A stretch of DNA of 56,443 nucleotides, filler included, from Sphacelaria rigidula (lineage: Eukaryota), in the NCBI GenBank assembly GCA_964200075.2. It is 5 parts of 5 records of this genome, joined end to end, with 100 filler letters (N's around TTAATTAATTAA, not from the genome) between each part and the next. Parts side by side here need not be neighbours in the genome. Positions count along the whole stretch, not along the records: positions 1 to 11,210 come from CAXNAA020005235.1; positions 11,311 to 22,520 come from CAXNAA020005236.1; 3 more parts are not named here. The stretch is one strand, 5' to 3'. A program made the translations under genes and the position numbers. The notes under the pieces were generated by a model that was given only the letters and a program-made list of their open reading frames with translations, was not told where the DNA came from and made no database searches. Each line of letters opens with the position of its first letter. Within the stretch, counting starts at the first letter, position 1. Below are positions 1-12,240 of this stretch, piece after piece.

Positions 1-108
1 AACGGATGGTGTAATAATTGTCACACGAAAAAGCCTAACAAAAAATGGGTTCCCCCCCCCCCCCCCCTCCCGCCACCCTCATCCCCGGCCAACCCCTCAC
101 ATACGTAC

Positions 109-2597
109 CATTAGATTCGCACTAACCCCCGCTAGCACAAGGACGGCGTTGGCGATTTTCAGCGTGTGGGTCAGCACCCACCAAGCCCACCCCAATATCA
201 CCCACGCCCGACGCAACCATTCCCACCCCGACCGTGCCCATCCACGCCTGCCCTCACTCGCTGTAGCCACGGTGGCCGCTTCTGGAGTGACTTCCTCGAC
301 AGAGCCGTTAACGGCAACGAGCCAGGGAGAGATAAGCCTCCAGGGCTTGGACCATCGGGAAGGCATGGTGGGGATGGCGAGTCGCTCGATTGCGGGCTCG
401 CTGTGGCCGATCAGGTTCCAAGCCCAGAGCCTGTGTTTTTGGGGGGGTTTCGGGGGGCGTAAGGAGAGGAAGAGAGGTGAAGCAGCCCGTACAACGCTAG
501 ATATAACAAGTCATGATTCAGAGATCAAACACATTACGGGGCATGTGCGTACAAGAATATCGAAATATGCTTCCATCCTGAGGTCATCTCCACGAAAACG
601 TCCTCACCTGTAGACGTAAGTACGTCCAGGCAGCAGACCCGAATCCACAAAACTGGTATCTTTGACTCCGGTAGAGCTGGAGTGGACCGTGACCCAGCCC
701 TCGCTGCCCACACCCCCACCAAATCCTCCTCCAACCGCACCCCCTCCACCAACCGAAGACGAACCACCAACGCTTGCCTTATTGGCAGACACGACTACAC
801 TGCTGCTGTCGCTGCTTGGGCCCGCTTGAGCGCTTCCCTCGTTGGGGCTCGGGCTGGCGTCGGCGTTGACATTCGTAGCAGAGGCCACGTTAGACGTGTG
901 CTGCGACTTGCTTGCCCTGCTCGCGTCCACGTGTAAACAAGATCGCTCTAACACGTACTTGTGCACGGGGAATGTTGCCGCTCGCTCTGCCTGCGCAGCC
1001 GCAACAGCCCGCCCTTTTCCCGCCGTGTCGCCTGCCACTGCACTGCTGGAACAGCTACCCTGCACCCCCGCTACTGCTGGCTCGATGCCCTCCAGCGGTG
1101 GTTCGTAAACCCGGTCTACAGCGCCCGCTGATCCTGCCGCTAAATCCGGTGATGTCGCATCACCCAACGATTCGCTGTTCAGATATCCACTGGTCCAAGA
1201 TCCGCTGGCGGAAGGCGCACTGGAAGATGGCGTATGGCGTTGTTGGTATTCCTCATTGGCTTCACGGACTTCCGACCCTGGGAGACCCGGTTCTTCTTGT
1301 GAAGCGGGTTTTGGTTTGGGAAAACCGGCTTGCAGTTCTTTCGCCGTGAAGGACGGGGCGGTCACAGTAGCATCTCCGGTTTTCGAATCCTTCTCAAGGT
1401 TGACGTCCGCAGTTGGTGTGACGTACGTGGCATCCGGAAGGTTCGTGAATTCCATCCCACCAGGAGACCATTCTATTTTGGCTTTGCCGTTCCCTAGATA
1501 TACAGGCGTTTTCATCACCGGGGGTAGGGGTTCGTCTCCTAGTCCGAGAAGTCTGATTTCGATCGCCTGAACAAAAACAGACAGCACACATGTTTCAAAA
1601 ACCATGAGGCAGTGTCTGCAGGCCTTTAACTTGGGATTCTGACAACAGTCAGTTCTACCACACACACACATACACACACGTCGTAAAATGTCGAAAACGC
1701 TCAACACAATAACAACAACAATTTCAACGACAGCCTCCGACTGCGCGCATACAACCCACACCAGCAACAACCCTCACCAGCCCACCTGTACAATGCGCTT
1801 CCGGTAGGCCCGCTTGATGCCGAGGTCATAGTACAACCCGGCGCCATTGTCCGCCACTAACTCAGGAAAATCGTAGCCCGACACAGAATTGCTCCGAAAT
1901 GCCTCTGCCACTTCAATTGGAAGCTGCACTGCATGCAGAACCCAGTCAGCGGCCTCTTCCACCGTCAGGATAGATCCCAGGTTATTGATCCATGAACTGA
2001 GTTTTGCGGTGTAGCGGTGCGGCGGGGGCAATGGGCAAGCCAAGCGACGAAAAAAACCCATAAAAACATGGCACATCAAGTTACAATATCTACTACGTAT
2101 TTGAAGTCGCTTCAACGGCGTATGGTGAACAAAACCACAGCGTGCATCAATAACGCGGGGTCGCGTTCTTCAGACACCCACGACGTAACTCGAATACCCG
2201 GATTTAACACACGGTACCGTGCGCTTCCACTTTCAACTGAAAATCGAACAGACACAGACGGACGCACGTATAGGGCGGAGATTTTCGAGGAGGTCGAATC
2301 ACTTGCAAACAACAACGGTCAAGGAAACGAAATTGTCATCAAAATCGACACAGCAGAAAAGTCAATGAACATGGACAAACGCAACACCTGAGCTCTTTCA
2401 GGCCGATGCCTTCGTCGCTATCCGTGTCCAGTCGTCCCATCACTCTGGACACGCCTCCCCAAATCTCAGACGTATCGTCCAAGGTGCTGCCTCCCACATC
2501 TATCACAAACTCGCGGATTTCCTCCTTCTCCAAGACGCCGTCTGAATTTTCGTCCAGAGAGTTGAAGAACGTCGCCGCCTCGGACTTGATTTGCCGC
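109..2597 (-). CDS. STIM-like EF-hand/SAM + fibronectin type III membrane protein (partial, spliced)
   Basis: Four phase-compatible GT-AG exons on the minus strand. Exon 2597-2388 has two EF-hand loops, DENSDGVLEKEE and DTDSDEGIGLKE. Exon 1996-1786 is a SAM domain (LTVEEAADWVLHAVQLPIEVAEAFRSNSVSGYDFPELVAD). Exon 1566-608 has FN3 elements KAKIEWSP, FPVHKYVLER and FVDSGLLPGRTYVYR. Exon 430-109 has LWAWNLIGHSE followed by hydrophobic WVILGWAWWVLTHTLKIANAVLVLAGVSANLM. The 3' end runs off the window and the 5' exons are uncertain. Confidence 0.8.
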
Positions 2598-3492
2598 CTG
2601 AGCACATGAGGCAACAAATAGTTGAGACGTACACCTAGCGGAAACGGTAAGTCGGTCAACGCTACGTTGAGACCTGTCCCTATACGGGATGCTGGTGACG
2701 GCGAAGGGCTCTTCCTGTGGAGGGATCCGGTGCTGAAAAATGTATCACCAGGGGGTGTTGTAGACCCTCGTCTGCGTAGTGCTGCGCTTAACCCTTCTTG
2801 ATGCATACATGCTCATGTGCTGCTGGAGTCTGGGCACTCGAGACCCCGGTAAATTAAGGCCAAACTACACCATCAAACGGGCATAAGCGACTGCGAAAAT
2901 GATTCCAAAACGTATCTTCCACACAAAACCAAGTGTTGATGATGCTCAAGGGCAATACAAGCTGTTGTACGGCCAACGAGGCTAAGATGCGCATTCATTT
3001 GTCGCTACACACCAGAGCTTGATTGTGAACCCCTGATGTAAGGATTGGTCGCGTGTAGCATAGCACTACAAGCATGTTAGCGCAGCGTGAGTTACGTTTT
3101 TTTCTTTCCCATCGGATTACCCGGACTTCCCAGTCCTGCGCCAAAATAAAAATTAAAAAAATATATACCGGAATGCCCACCCTATATTTGTGACTGCCCC
3201 ACTTGGCCCAAATATAAAAATCATTGCACCTTTGAACGGAAACTTTGCTTGTGCATTTTTCGACCGTGGGTGAAGTTACCCCTATGAAACTTGGTGCACT
3301 AGTTGGACACAACACAGGCAGTATGTGCACCGGAGAACAGCTCCTTTCGGCCACCGAGTAAATTAAACTAAGCGACTACCGATATACCGCCGATATGCCC
3401 TCAAAACGGCTATGTCGCAGCCCAGAGTCTGTGCACTGCAAGTGAATGCGTATGTGGACATGGTGGTGTACTCACTTCCATATCATACTCAC

Positions 3493-5417
3493 CTGGGAGT
3501 GTACAGTGCTGGCAAACATAGATCAGTAGTGGCACACCCTCTGGGTAATGATAATATGTAGAAAAGCCATTCCGGTATCGTCTGTAGAGATGCTGAGCGC
3601 GAGAGGCACGGTCGTACGCGCGCTGCCGTCGCTGCAAGACGCTGAAACTTTGGTAGTGTCATGTAAACCACAATCAACAAGCGCATACGTCTAGAGCTGG
3701 GGTTGGGCGCTGCAACAGTGCGCGAGGGGATGAAGAGCTCAGATTCTGTTCTGAAACATTTTTTTTTCTTAGCGCAGACCTGTTACTCTCGGATACAAGC
3801 CACGTTCAATCGTGTCTCGGATGGCCAGAATCGAGTATGACATTCGGTCTTGTAAAATAAGTGATTTTGCCGTGGCAAGTTTGCGTAAATATCCATTACC
3901 CATTTGCTCTGTGGCACACAGACTTAGATGAGACCTTGCTAGAAGCTGAGGTGTAGAGGTCTTCTACAGCTACATACCAGTAGCTACGCTAGCTGCTGGA
4001 TGCAGCCTACACCTCGACCGCAGGTTGATTCTAAGCTGAGACTAGCCCAAAGCAGCCCTGGAACGCCATGGTAATGGCAACAGGGATAGCGAATGACTTT
4101 TGTAAGGCATGTATAAAGGAGGATACCTTCTCCCAGCGTGTCTTCCCCTCGAGACCCCGCCATTGCTATCCCCGCCTACTCCATGGCCACCACGCCCACG
4201 ATACTGAAGTCCCTGCTCCTGTCCCAGCTGTGCGCCCACATGTACCGGTAACGCTGAACTTAGCGGACTGTCTAATCGGACTGTCGGCAAGGGTGTAGGT
4301 CGAAGATGAAACAGCATGGGGCGTCAATTATGCTAAAATCACGTGACGGGCATATTGGCTATTTTAACCGGGATGGCGCCAGATACAGCAATACCTTACT
4401 TTCCCAGAGATACGGATCTCGAGGGGTTTCGAGTGTTCTTGGCGTGCGGGAAATTTTCGTACTCCATCGGTAATACTCGCGAGTGATCAGGGCAAACTGC
4501 AGCACTTTCTGTCCGACGGTACACTAACCGTGCAGTGACTACATGTGAGCTGGCTGCTTTGGCTTACATGGTACGCGCATTCGTTCAGGGCAGCCAGACC
4601 GACCCACAGGGGTCACCATCATCCCAGACGATGCTGCATACAAATGTGATGATGGAAGTGAGGAGGACTTCCCTAAACACCCAAACCAAGACCGGGATGA
4701 GTAAAGGCGGGCAATCGGGAAAAACTCCCTCCCTCTTGGAGCCCTTGCAACCGGAGTTTCAACTATTTTGGCACGTTTGGGTAACAAATACAGCACGTGC
4801 TGCGGGTCTACGCCCGTTGAGAACGACCCTCCCGGGGTGCAGACGTGTTCAAACCCGATTACCTAGACAAAACGGTGCTACTAGTAAAGATAGCCGTATC
4901 GCTGAGATCTTGCTGAGATGCCTACTGGCGGACCTTCCGGAAGCAAAAACAACTTACCACTGTAATATTGTCTATAGTAGCCGGGATGGGCGGTGTTGGA
5001 AATATCCGCTGCACGCTTGAACTGCCTTGCAGAAGACACCCCGCAAAACGAATCTTTGAGGATGGTCAACTCTGAAGCAGGACTCCCAGCGACAAGGACA
5101 ACTACAGCAGCTACGTTCAAACAACACAACCCACAGCCTGCAGAAGACTTGATACACCGTAATGAACGCTCTATCATATACTATGAAGGGCGGACTAACT
5201 GTAACTCACATGAACCCCTGAACCCGACGGCAGGGTCGTCTCGTGGATCAGTTGCTACTGTTCTTGCTGGGTCTTGGTTAGAGGTTGGTGACGTTGATAT
5301 CGGTGACCTCTCGATCGCTGTAGGTTCCAGAGCTCCAGGACAACCAAGGAGCAGAAAAAATAGCAACACAAAATGAATCCAACCAAAAATCAAACCTTGG
5401 CATGGCTTTGGCTTCAT
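3493..5417 (-). CDS. Candidate 5' exons (signal-peptide-like start) of the EF-SAM gene or of a separate unknown gene
   Basis: ATG at 5417 opens MKPKPCQGLIFGWIHFVLLFFLLLGCPGALE (signal-peptide-like) and ends at a strong donor T|GTGAGT (exon 5417-5210). Further strong donors lie near 4958 (GTAAGT), near 4127 (AG|GTATCC) and at 3493 (AG|GTGAGT). The last two can be read in phase 2, matching exon 2597. No recognisable domain, and the exon chain is not resolved. Confidence 0.35.
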
Positions 5418-5591
5418 GTCATATCGTCCGCCATGCACGTTCATCCTGTGAATAATTGAACCGCACTCTTCTGCGCTCAGCGTTTGGAATATGGCAATAC
5501 AAGCACAAAACATTGTCGCTGATGCAAAACTCGAGCGCCAGGCTAACTACCCAGTCCATTGCCCCCAGCTCCCACGTCTAGGGTGGACGAA

Positions 5592-8500
5592 ATGGCGGTG
5601 TCGACTTCTACAGGAGGTAGCTCCGGCGCCCTGGTGTTCATGGACATTCGGATTGGTGACAGAAAAGGTGTGATATAATAACTTTAAACTGCCCTTCATT
5701 ATGGCATGTCTACACTCTGTCGGGTGTAGGACCTTCAACAAGGGTGCCTGCGCTACCCCATACCCCCTCCCTCGCTGTCGTTGTAAGGAGTGGGGTTGAT
5801 GTCTTTGGCTACTATTTTTCTCGTCCAGTGGTTCGCTGTCTCTTCAGCTCAACGTGTCGCCAATATTCCAAGTAGACGGTGCCGGGTCAACCGTGCCTGT
5901 CGCTTGTCAATGAGGGGAGTGGTAACCGGTTCGCTCGGTTGGAGTTGGCTCGCCGACTGCTCCAGGCATCATGGTATACCGTACCCGCCCGCCCCCATCA
6001 CCCATACAGCTGCAGGGGGCAAGATTCATGTGCTTGGTAAGGAGGCCTGATGATTTCTCTAGTGTCGTTGTCATGAATGTCGCTACTTCCGCTGCTGAAG
6101 TGACCGCTAGAAGGCTAGTAGTAGTTCCCCAGCATTCCACAAGTGCCTGTTGCTCCCGGAATGGATGTATTGGTTTTGTGTTGTACGATCTGTACTGAAC
6201 TACTGAACACCGCACCGTTGGCCTCAGTCCCGTGCCCACCGTGTCGGTGTTCGGAGGGGAGAGAAGGTTGAGATTGGGACGCTTAGCGATAGAGTTTGGT
6301 TATTGTCCTAGTGCCGTGTTCGTAGTGGCCGTCGTTGTTGTTTATACCGTTACTACCGAAGATATACTGTTGTCTGTGCGCATCACTTGGTGACGAGCGA
6401 CACCAATCGAGTGCGACTGGGACTATCGCGGGATAAATCCGTATGGCGCATATCACGAGCAGCGTGCAAAAAGATCGAAGAGGGGATCCACGCTGAGTGG
6501 ACAGGTATGTGGACGTTTATGCTAGAGAGTTGGAGGAGTATATTTGCTTTGGGGACATGAGGGGACGGTACAGACACCTGAAAGGAGGGTGGAGACTAGC
6601 GGGACGAAAAGTGGAGAGGGAGCAGTACATCAGAGACGAGGACGGGAGCATACTCTTTGACAAAGGCTTAATCTGTGAGAGATGGGGATATGACCTGTCT
6701 CCCTTGCTGAAGGCCATATCGGCAACTATCGTCCGAGCCGTCATTGAGAACGTTGCGCAATGATCGAGGGCGCTGTCACTTGGAGCCCCACCCAGCCCAG
6801 GCGAAACTGAGGGGGCTCTGAGAGCTGTGGCGAACGGTATTGCGACGGATCCGGATGATCTACCTGCTGAACTCCTGAGGCTCGGACTAAGCGAAGAACC
6901 TTCGGAGACTGACACTTCCACAGCATCACCGCTACGGTTTTGATGCCTGGCGAGGTGCCGCAGGAGTGGAAATATGTCACCATCTAAATGCTACATGAAT
7001 GATAGGACCGAGTGTGGTAACCACAGTGGCATTTCCACTGGTGACACATGCCGGTCAAGTTATTCTCAAATTCTTGGCCAACAGGCTCGGTGGTTGTTGT
7101 GAGTAGGCAGGGATCACTCCCGAGGAGCAGCGCAAATTCCGGCGCCAACGATCGATCATGGACATGAAATTCGTGGTACGCCGACTGCAGGAGTTGGGAC
7201 GGACGAGCAATGTTCCAATAAGCATGTGCTTCATCGACTTGCAAAAGACCTACAATTCCGTCGACCCCACACTCCTATGGAAAGTGCTTATTCGGTTCAA
7301 AGTCCCGCCCCGAATGATCACATTCATCCCCATGTTTCACGACGGCATACGAGCTCGGGTACAGCTCGATGATGGCGAACTATCGTATCGGCATGGTCCA
7401 CGTCTGCCAGGGACTTAGACAAGGGTGCGTTTCGTCCTCGCTCTTGTTCAGGTCGTCGGTGTAGCCTTGGTCGACTTCATCGTACACAGGTTTGCAGCGG
7501 ACCCAATCATTGTTTCAGACGTGCTTTTTCTAGATGATGCGCCAAAAGGTGATCATGGTGAATTTCTGCAAGGGACACCGCCGGAGAAGGTGAGGCGCGG
7601 GATGCGGGCAATGCCATATACGGATGACGCCGGCATAGCCTCGAGGTCCGCAAACGGGCTTGCTAGAATGATGGCCGTGGTGGTGGTGACCTGGCAGACG
7701 TTCCGTCTGACAGTATCGGAGAGTAAGACAGAGTGCATAGGCCTGTTGTCAGTACCCAGCTCCGCAGATACCGCCCCGCACGTCAGCGCGGCTTGTCAAA
7801 GGTATAGGCAGACGGCCAGGTTTGTCCGCCTTGGTGGTCCAGTGAGCATGGATGCGAAAATTTCTATCGAAATCAACCGCCGCACTAGCCCTGCACGGGC
7901 ACGCCTCCAAAAGGATAGCTCCCAGCTCTACGATCGACCCACTGCCTAGCTATCGGTGAACATCCGGCTACTTGAAGCAGGGGTGGTGAACATTCTGTTA
8001 TACGGATGTGCCACGTGGACGCTGCGTTCCGAGGAGTTTGACAGTCTGCGCATTGCCCACCACAAGCTTTTAATGCGAGTGGTTGGATTTTGCATGACAG
8101 ACCGGATGAGCTACAGGACTCCTTCGTACAGAGCTGTGGTTGAGATTTATCATCACCGGACGGATCGAGACGACCATCCGCGAGCGCCAACTCTGGTTTG
8201 CGGAGGCGCTTGCCAGAGAGGACAAAACACATCTTTCGAAACGCGTCATACACGAACGGTTAGCCACACAAGGGCTCAAGGAGGCTGTTCGTCCCCTCAA
8301 ACATCAGGAGGAGAACCTCCATGAGAGCCTACGCGCACTAAGGGCCCTTCCATGCAAAGGAGCACAACGGAAATGGCCTATCTACGGTGTCGGGGTTAAC
8401 GACGCCCACGACTGGTTCACTGCGGCGAAAAACATAGGGGGAACATTTCGAGGACTCGTGGCGATGCGAAGACAGACGCGAATGGGACCTCCACTAGCAA

Positions 8501-9871
8501 GAGGCTACTGTGTCGAGATCCGGCAATCGGAGAGCTGCCACCGCTAATACAACAACAGCAACAGCTCCCGAGGAACCCAGGATGGAAATGACCGAGAGCA
8601 TGACCTGTTTTGTACCCGACTAGCGATGCATGGGGGAGGATAAGCGAACACGAAAACTGGTGTATCTCTGTCTTTTCATAATTTGTTGTTGATTTTGTCT
8701 TGATTTCGTCCTTGGTCGGTGGTGTTGAGACGTTCTCTGGTTCGTGTGTTTGCACCTGCTCTACGGTACCGTGTCCATCGGCTTCATCACTTTGGTCTCC
8801 TTCTCCGTTTTCTGTTTCGTTCCCCATCTCTCCACATGTATGTGTGTGCGTTCTTTCCTCCCGGTGTATGCAAGTCGCAGTTGGCGCCTCCCTTTCGTAG
8901 CGTTCATGGGTGAGAGATCATACCTCAAATAGTGTTGTACTAGCAGCGTAAACCTGGTTTCCATGCCCCTTGCCGTTCTTGGATGCCGTGAGGTTATGTG
9001 CTTTGCAACCGGCTACGAATAGTTTCACTCGCTGACCAGAAGACATGGAAGTAGTGTTGTGATGTAGGTACAACTATTCTGACTGTCTTTATGTTCACAT
9101 CTGGTGCTACATAGCCGAACTTTCGTATTGCTATTTTGGCCGGCCATTCACATATTGTACACGTCTTTAGTACAGTGCAGTACGGTACGTGCTCCCTCCT
9201 CCCTTCACTGTATATTGTTACTTGGAGACTGAGGGGGGTCGTGACTTTTCTCCCACAAGCCGTACCCCCCCCCCTCCATGGGGTTGGCGTCAGTTGTCAA
9301 CGACGCTGCAAAACACGCCACTCACAGCGTACGGTGGGAAATCAGGTTACCGGGGTTGTTTCGCTTTATCCTTTTTCGCGGTAACCATGATGGTGGTCGA
9401 GTGAGGTCATTTGTGCGGCGTGGAGAACCCGAACTCGGCGCAAAGGGGATGATCCTACCACGTAGTGTTTACATGGTGACAACACCCATGAGGCAGTGTA
9501 GAATCCGTTCCTGTCTCTGGAAGAAGCGATAATGCCAGAAAATACAGCCACTTATTGGAAGCTATCATCTATATCCAAGATAATCAGTATGCTTCGAGCC
9601 AGGCAATCTTGACAGGATGCAGCTCACCCTTCATGTACGTTGCCGAACGCATCACGGCGCTTCACGCTTGGTGGTTAATTGCGAGCCTGGTCAGGCGAAA
9701 ACCCGGCGTGCTCCATCCCGGCTTTGTAAGGATGCGAGGTCAATGGTCTCACGATTACAGCATGCAAGATCATGAGTACCCCCCCTCCCCCGGCCTTTTT
9801 TTCCTTTTTTGGACGTTTTCGAGCTGTCTCTCCCGAGGCAACCTGATAGGACCTCAGTGGTAAAGCCGTGG

Positions 9872-9902
<31 letters not shown>

Positions 9903-10761
9903 CCTTGATGGAAGGAGGAAACCCAACCCAACACCTACCCCGCAAGCGATCGCAGACGATCGCTAGCGAGTTCGTGTGCTGATTACCCGAAGGCTCGGCT
10001 AGACCACCTCGCGGCAGTCATGTGGGGGAGGCGCCTCGAGCGGTGGATCAAGGCAGTGTGGGGGATGCTCCCACTAAAACCCCGTATCAACTTGGCGCAG
10101 TCCACGCGCCGCCCTGCTCTTAACAGCTTCGGTCCTAGGATAAAATGGGACTAACTTGGAGATACAGATTTGTGTTTTGCACCCCAGTAGGTGCTTGTAT
10201 GCATGCCGATATGTGCAGCAGTATTGCTTTTAGTCCTGTACAACTACCCGCCCTCTCGAAGAGGAAAGAGGTACAACAACATAACCCTCACCTCGAACAT
10301 GAAGAAGGTACAAAATGGCGTTGCTGCAGGAGCAGTGGGTGGGATAGTAATAGCTTCATCGAACACAATACGATTATCAAACAAGCTCCATCGTCGCCAT
10401 TGCAGTACAAAGGCGGGAGGCTCAACGTGTGTTCACATGCAGCCCGCATATACGTTCTGTTCGTTGCTGACCCGCTGCTTGCGAGGACCAACCCTGGCGC
10501 TGACGACACGCTCATGTAAAGCTTTACCTTTGCATTATTAATTGGTTATCGTCGTTTTTTCATGTGCCTGGCTGCTTGCCTGCCTGCCTGTCGTGCTGCT
10601 ATGGTGCATGATATTGGTGCTGCACGGGGGGGCAAAAAGTCGGGCGAATGGTGTTCGAACTTTTCGCCGAAATTGTTCCTCGCACGTGCGAGAACTTCAG
10701 AGCCCTGTGCACAGGGGAGCGAGGTCAGAGCAAGAAATCTCACCACCGTCTGCATTTCAAG
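5592..10761 (+). CDS. Cyclophilin-type peptidyl-prolyl cis-trans isomerase (5' part; exons 5592-5667 and 10640-10761)
   Basis: Exon 1 [25 protein letters not shown] (phase 1, G|GTGTGA) splices to AG|TC GGG CGA, giving [47 protein letters not shown]. This contains the hallmark cyclophilin [14 protein letters not shown] motif. The remainder is lost at the contig end (11210). Confidence 0.9.
6380..8570 (+). mobile_element. Decayed non-LTR retrotransposon (RTE-like LINE) reverse transcriptase, in cyclophilin intron 1
   Basis: Frameshifted, stop-interrupted RT motifs in order: [86 protein letters not shown] (YADD-like), [19 protein letters not shown]. An AAC-rich tail follows near 8550. No N-terminal endonuclease is recognisable. 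Confidence 0.9.
9232..9792 (+). repeat. Dispersed non-coding repeat (G-rich-terminus family, probable non-autonomous DNA transposon), long copy
   Basis: About 500 bp colinear with 30790-31290 (ATGGGGTTGGCGTC...GGATGCGAGGTCAATGGTC...GATCATGAGTAC-C-run). Confidence 0.8.
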
Positions 10762-11019
10762 GTATGTGATGAATCGATGGTTGTGACGGAGACGGGATCA
10801 TACATGTACAACAAAAAGAGAAAAGGGTATCCCGTCCCAAGCAGCGGTAGTCCCCGAATTTCGCCCATTCGAATCGTCATTTACGGGGCTACTTTTTTCC
10901 TTCAACTTTTCCAATTTTTTTCGAGGGGGGGACAAAACATTCTCCCCGAAAAATGTGACAGCAGATTTGTCAACCAGATCAAGGAATAGAACAGTTCAAG
11001 ACTGACTATATGTTACTCC

Positions 11020-11210
11020 GAAAATTTCACGGTTAGGACGAATCATCACGTGTTCGAATCACCAAATTCACGATTTCTTCGGCCTGAGTGCCCAAAAGGG
11101 AGAAAAAAGTTGGCCGCTGGTCCAGGGGGTATCCACGCAACTTTTGCGTCATTCCACGTGTCTGGGCTGCGTGTACCTGTGTTGCCACGCTGAAAACAAA
11201 GCCTAGGGAT
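11020..11210 (-). repeat. Dispersed repeat family B, copy truncated by contig end
   Basis: Reverse complement matches 12050-12230 and 29085-29270 (GTTTTCAGCGT.GCAAC..AGGTACACGCAGCCCAGACA). Confidence 0.8.
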
Positions 11211-11310
11211 NNNNNNNNNNNNNNNNNNNNNNNNNNNNNNNNNNNNNNNNNNNNTTAATTAATTAANNNNNNNNNNNNNNNNNNNNNNNNNNNNNNNNNN
11301 NNNNNNNNNN
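11211..11310. other. Artificial contig linker (N44-TTAATTAATTAA-N44)
   Basis: Identical 100-bp linker with stops in all six frames; also at 22521-22620, 33829-33928 and 45137-45236. Confidence 0.97.
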
Positions 11311-11976
11311 AAATTTGGACAATCTTTGAGAAACTAAGAAATTACGGATTCTGCATACTTCTGACGCTGACTACTGTATGACTTCGGCTGTCAATTTTGA
11401 ATTTAGTAGGTGAGTAAAGCTATAGTGATACATCACACGATCCGCCGATGGGATCATCTCTTCGTCTAACAATAAACACGCAGAGAGTGAGTAAAACATT
11501 CATGTTTTGCCATCCACATCATCACGGTAAACAATGAAAACGAAACCTGTGCACAATTGTCCCCACCTTACCGTTTGTACAAACTCGCGCATTTTTCGCG
11601 GATGATACTTCGTAATAATGCCCATGAATTTATTTGTACGTGCTGCCGTATCATCACCCAAGAGACAAGAAAAAGAACATTTTCTCCTGCCTGTCGATAG
11701 CGAGGTGCACCAATGCATGCACCAGGACCTTCTTCAGAAGCAGCTGAGGATCTCGACCCGAAGAAGCTAACAAGACGACGATTTCCTGCGCTTTGTTGTT
11801 GCAGTCGGGTGAGTGGAGACAGGTTGCGCACAGGAACGGTTGACACCAGACAAGGGAATAACATGACAAGCGCTGAGATCCCCTCAGTCCTTGAGAATCA
11901 GGCTCGAACTGCATTGGTGGGCAGACGCAACGGGATCGCAAGCGGTTTACTCCTGTCTCAAGCAGAGTAGCGCAAG

Positions 11977-12240
11977 GGCTGGACAAATCAATGGTTCGTC
12001 TGGAAATTTCTTGGTTTTAGTGTTGTTGGTTCGAATCGTACGAATCAATCCCTACGTTTTGTTTTCAGCGTTGCAACCCAGGTACACGCAGCCCAGACAT
12101 GTGGAATGGCGCAAACGTTGCGTGGATACTCCTTGGACCAACGGTCAATATTTTTCTCCCTTTTGGGTAATCAGGCCGAAGAAATCGTGGCTTAGGTGAT
12201 GCGAACCCGTGATGATTCGTCCTAACCGTGGAGTAGTGGA
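11977..12240 (+). repeat. Dispersed repeat family B
   Basis: Colinear with 29019-29270 (CAAATCAATG.TTCG...TTCGAATCGTACGAAT...CAGGCCGAAGAAATCGTG). Confidence 0.8.

Noticed and set aside
11255-11266. Recurrent palindromic TTAATTAATTAA motif
   Set aside because: Always centred in identical N-runs; it is an assembly linker, not biology.
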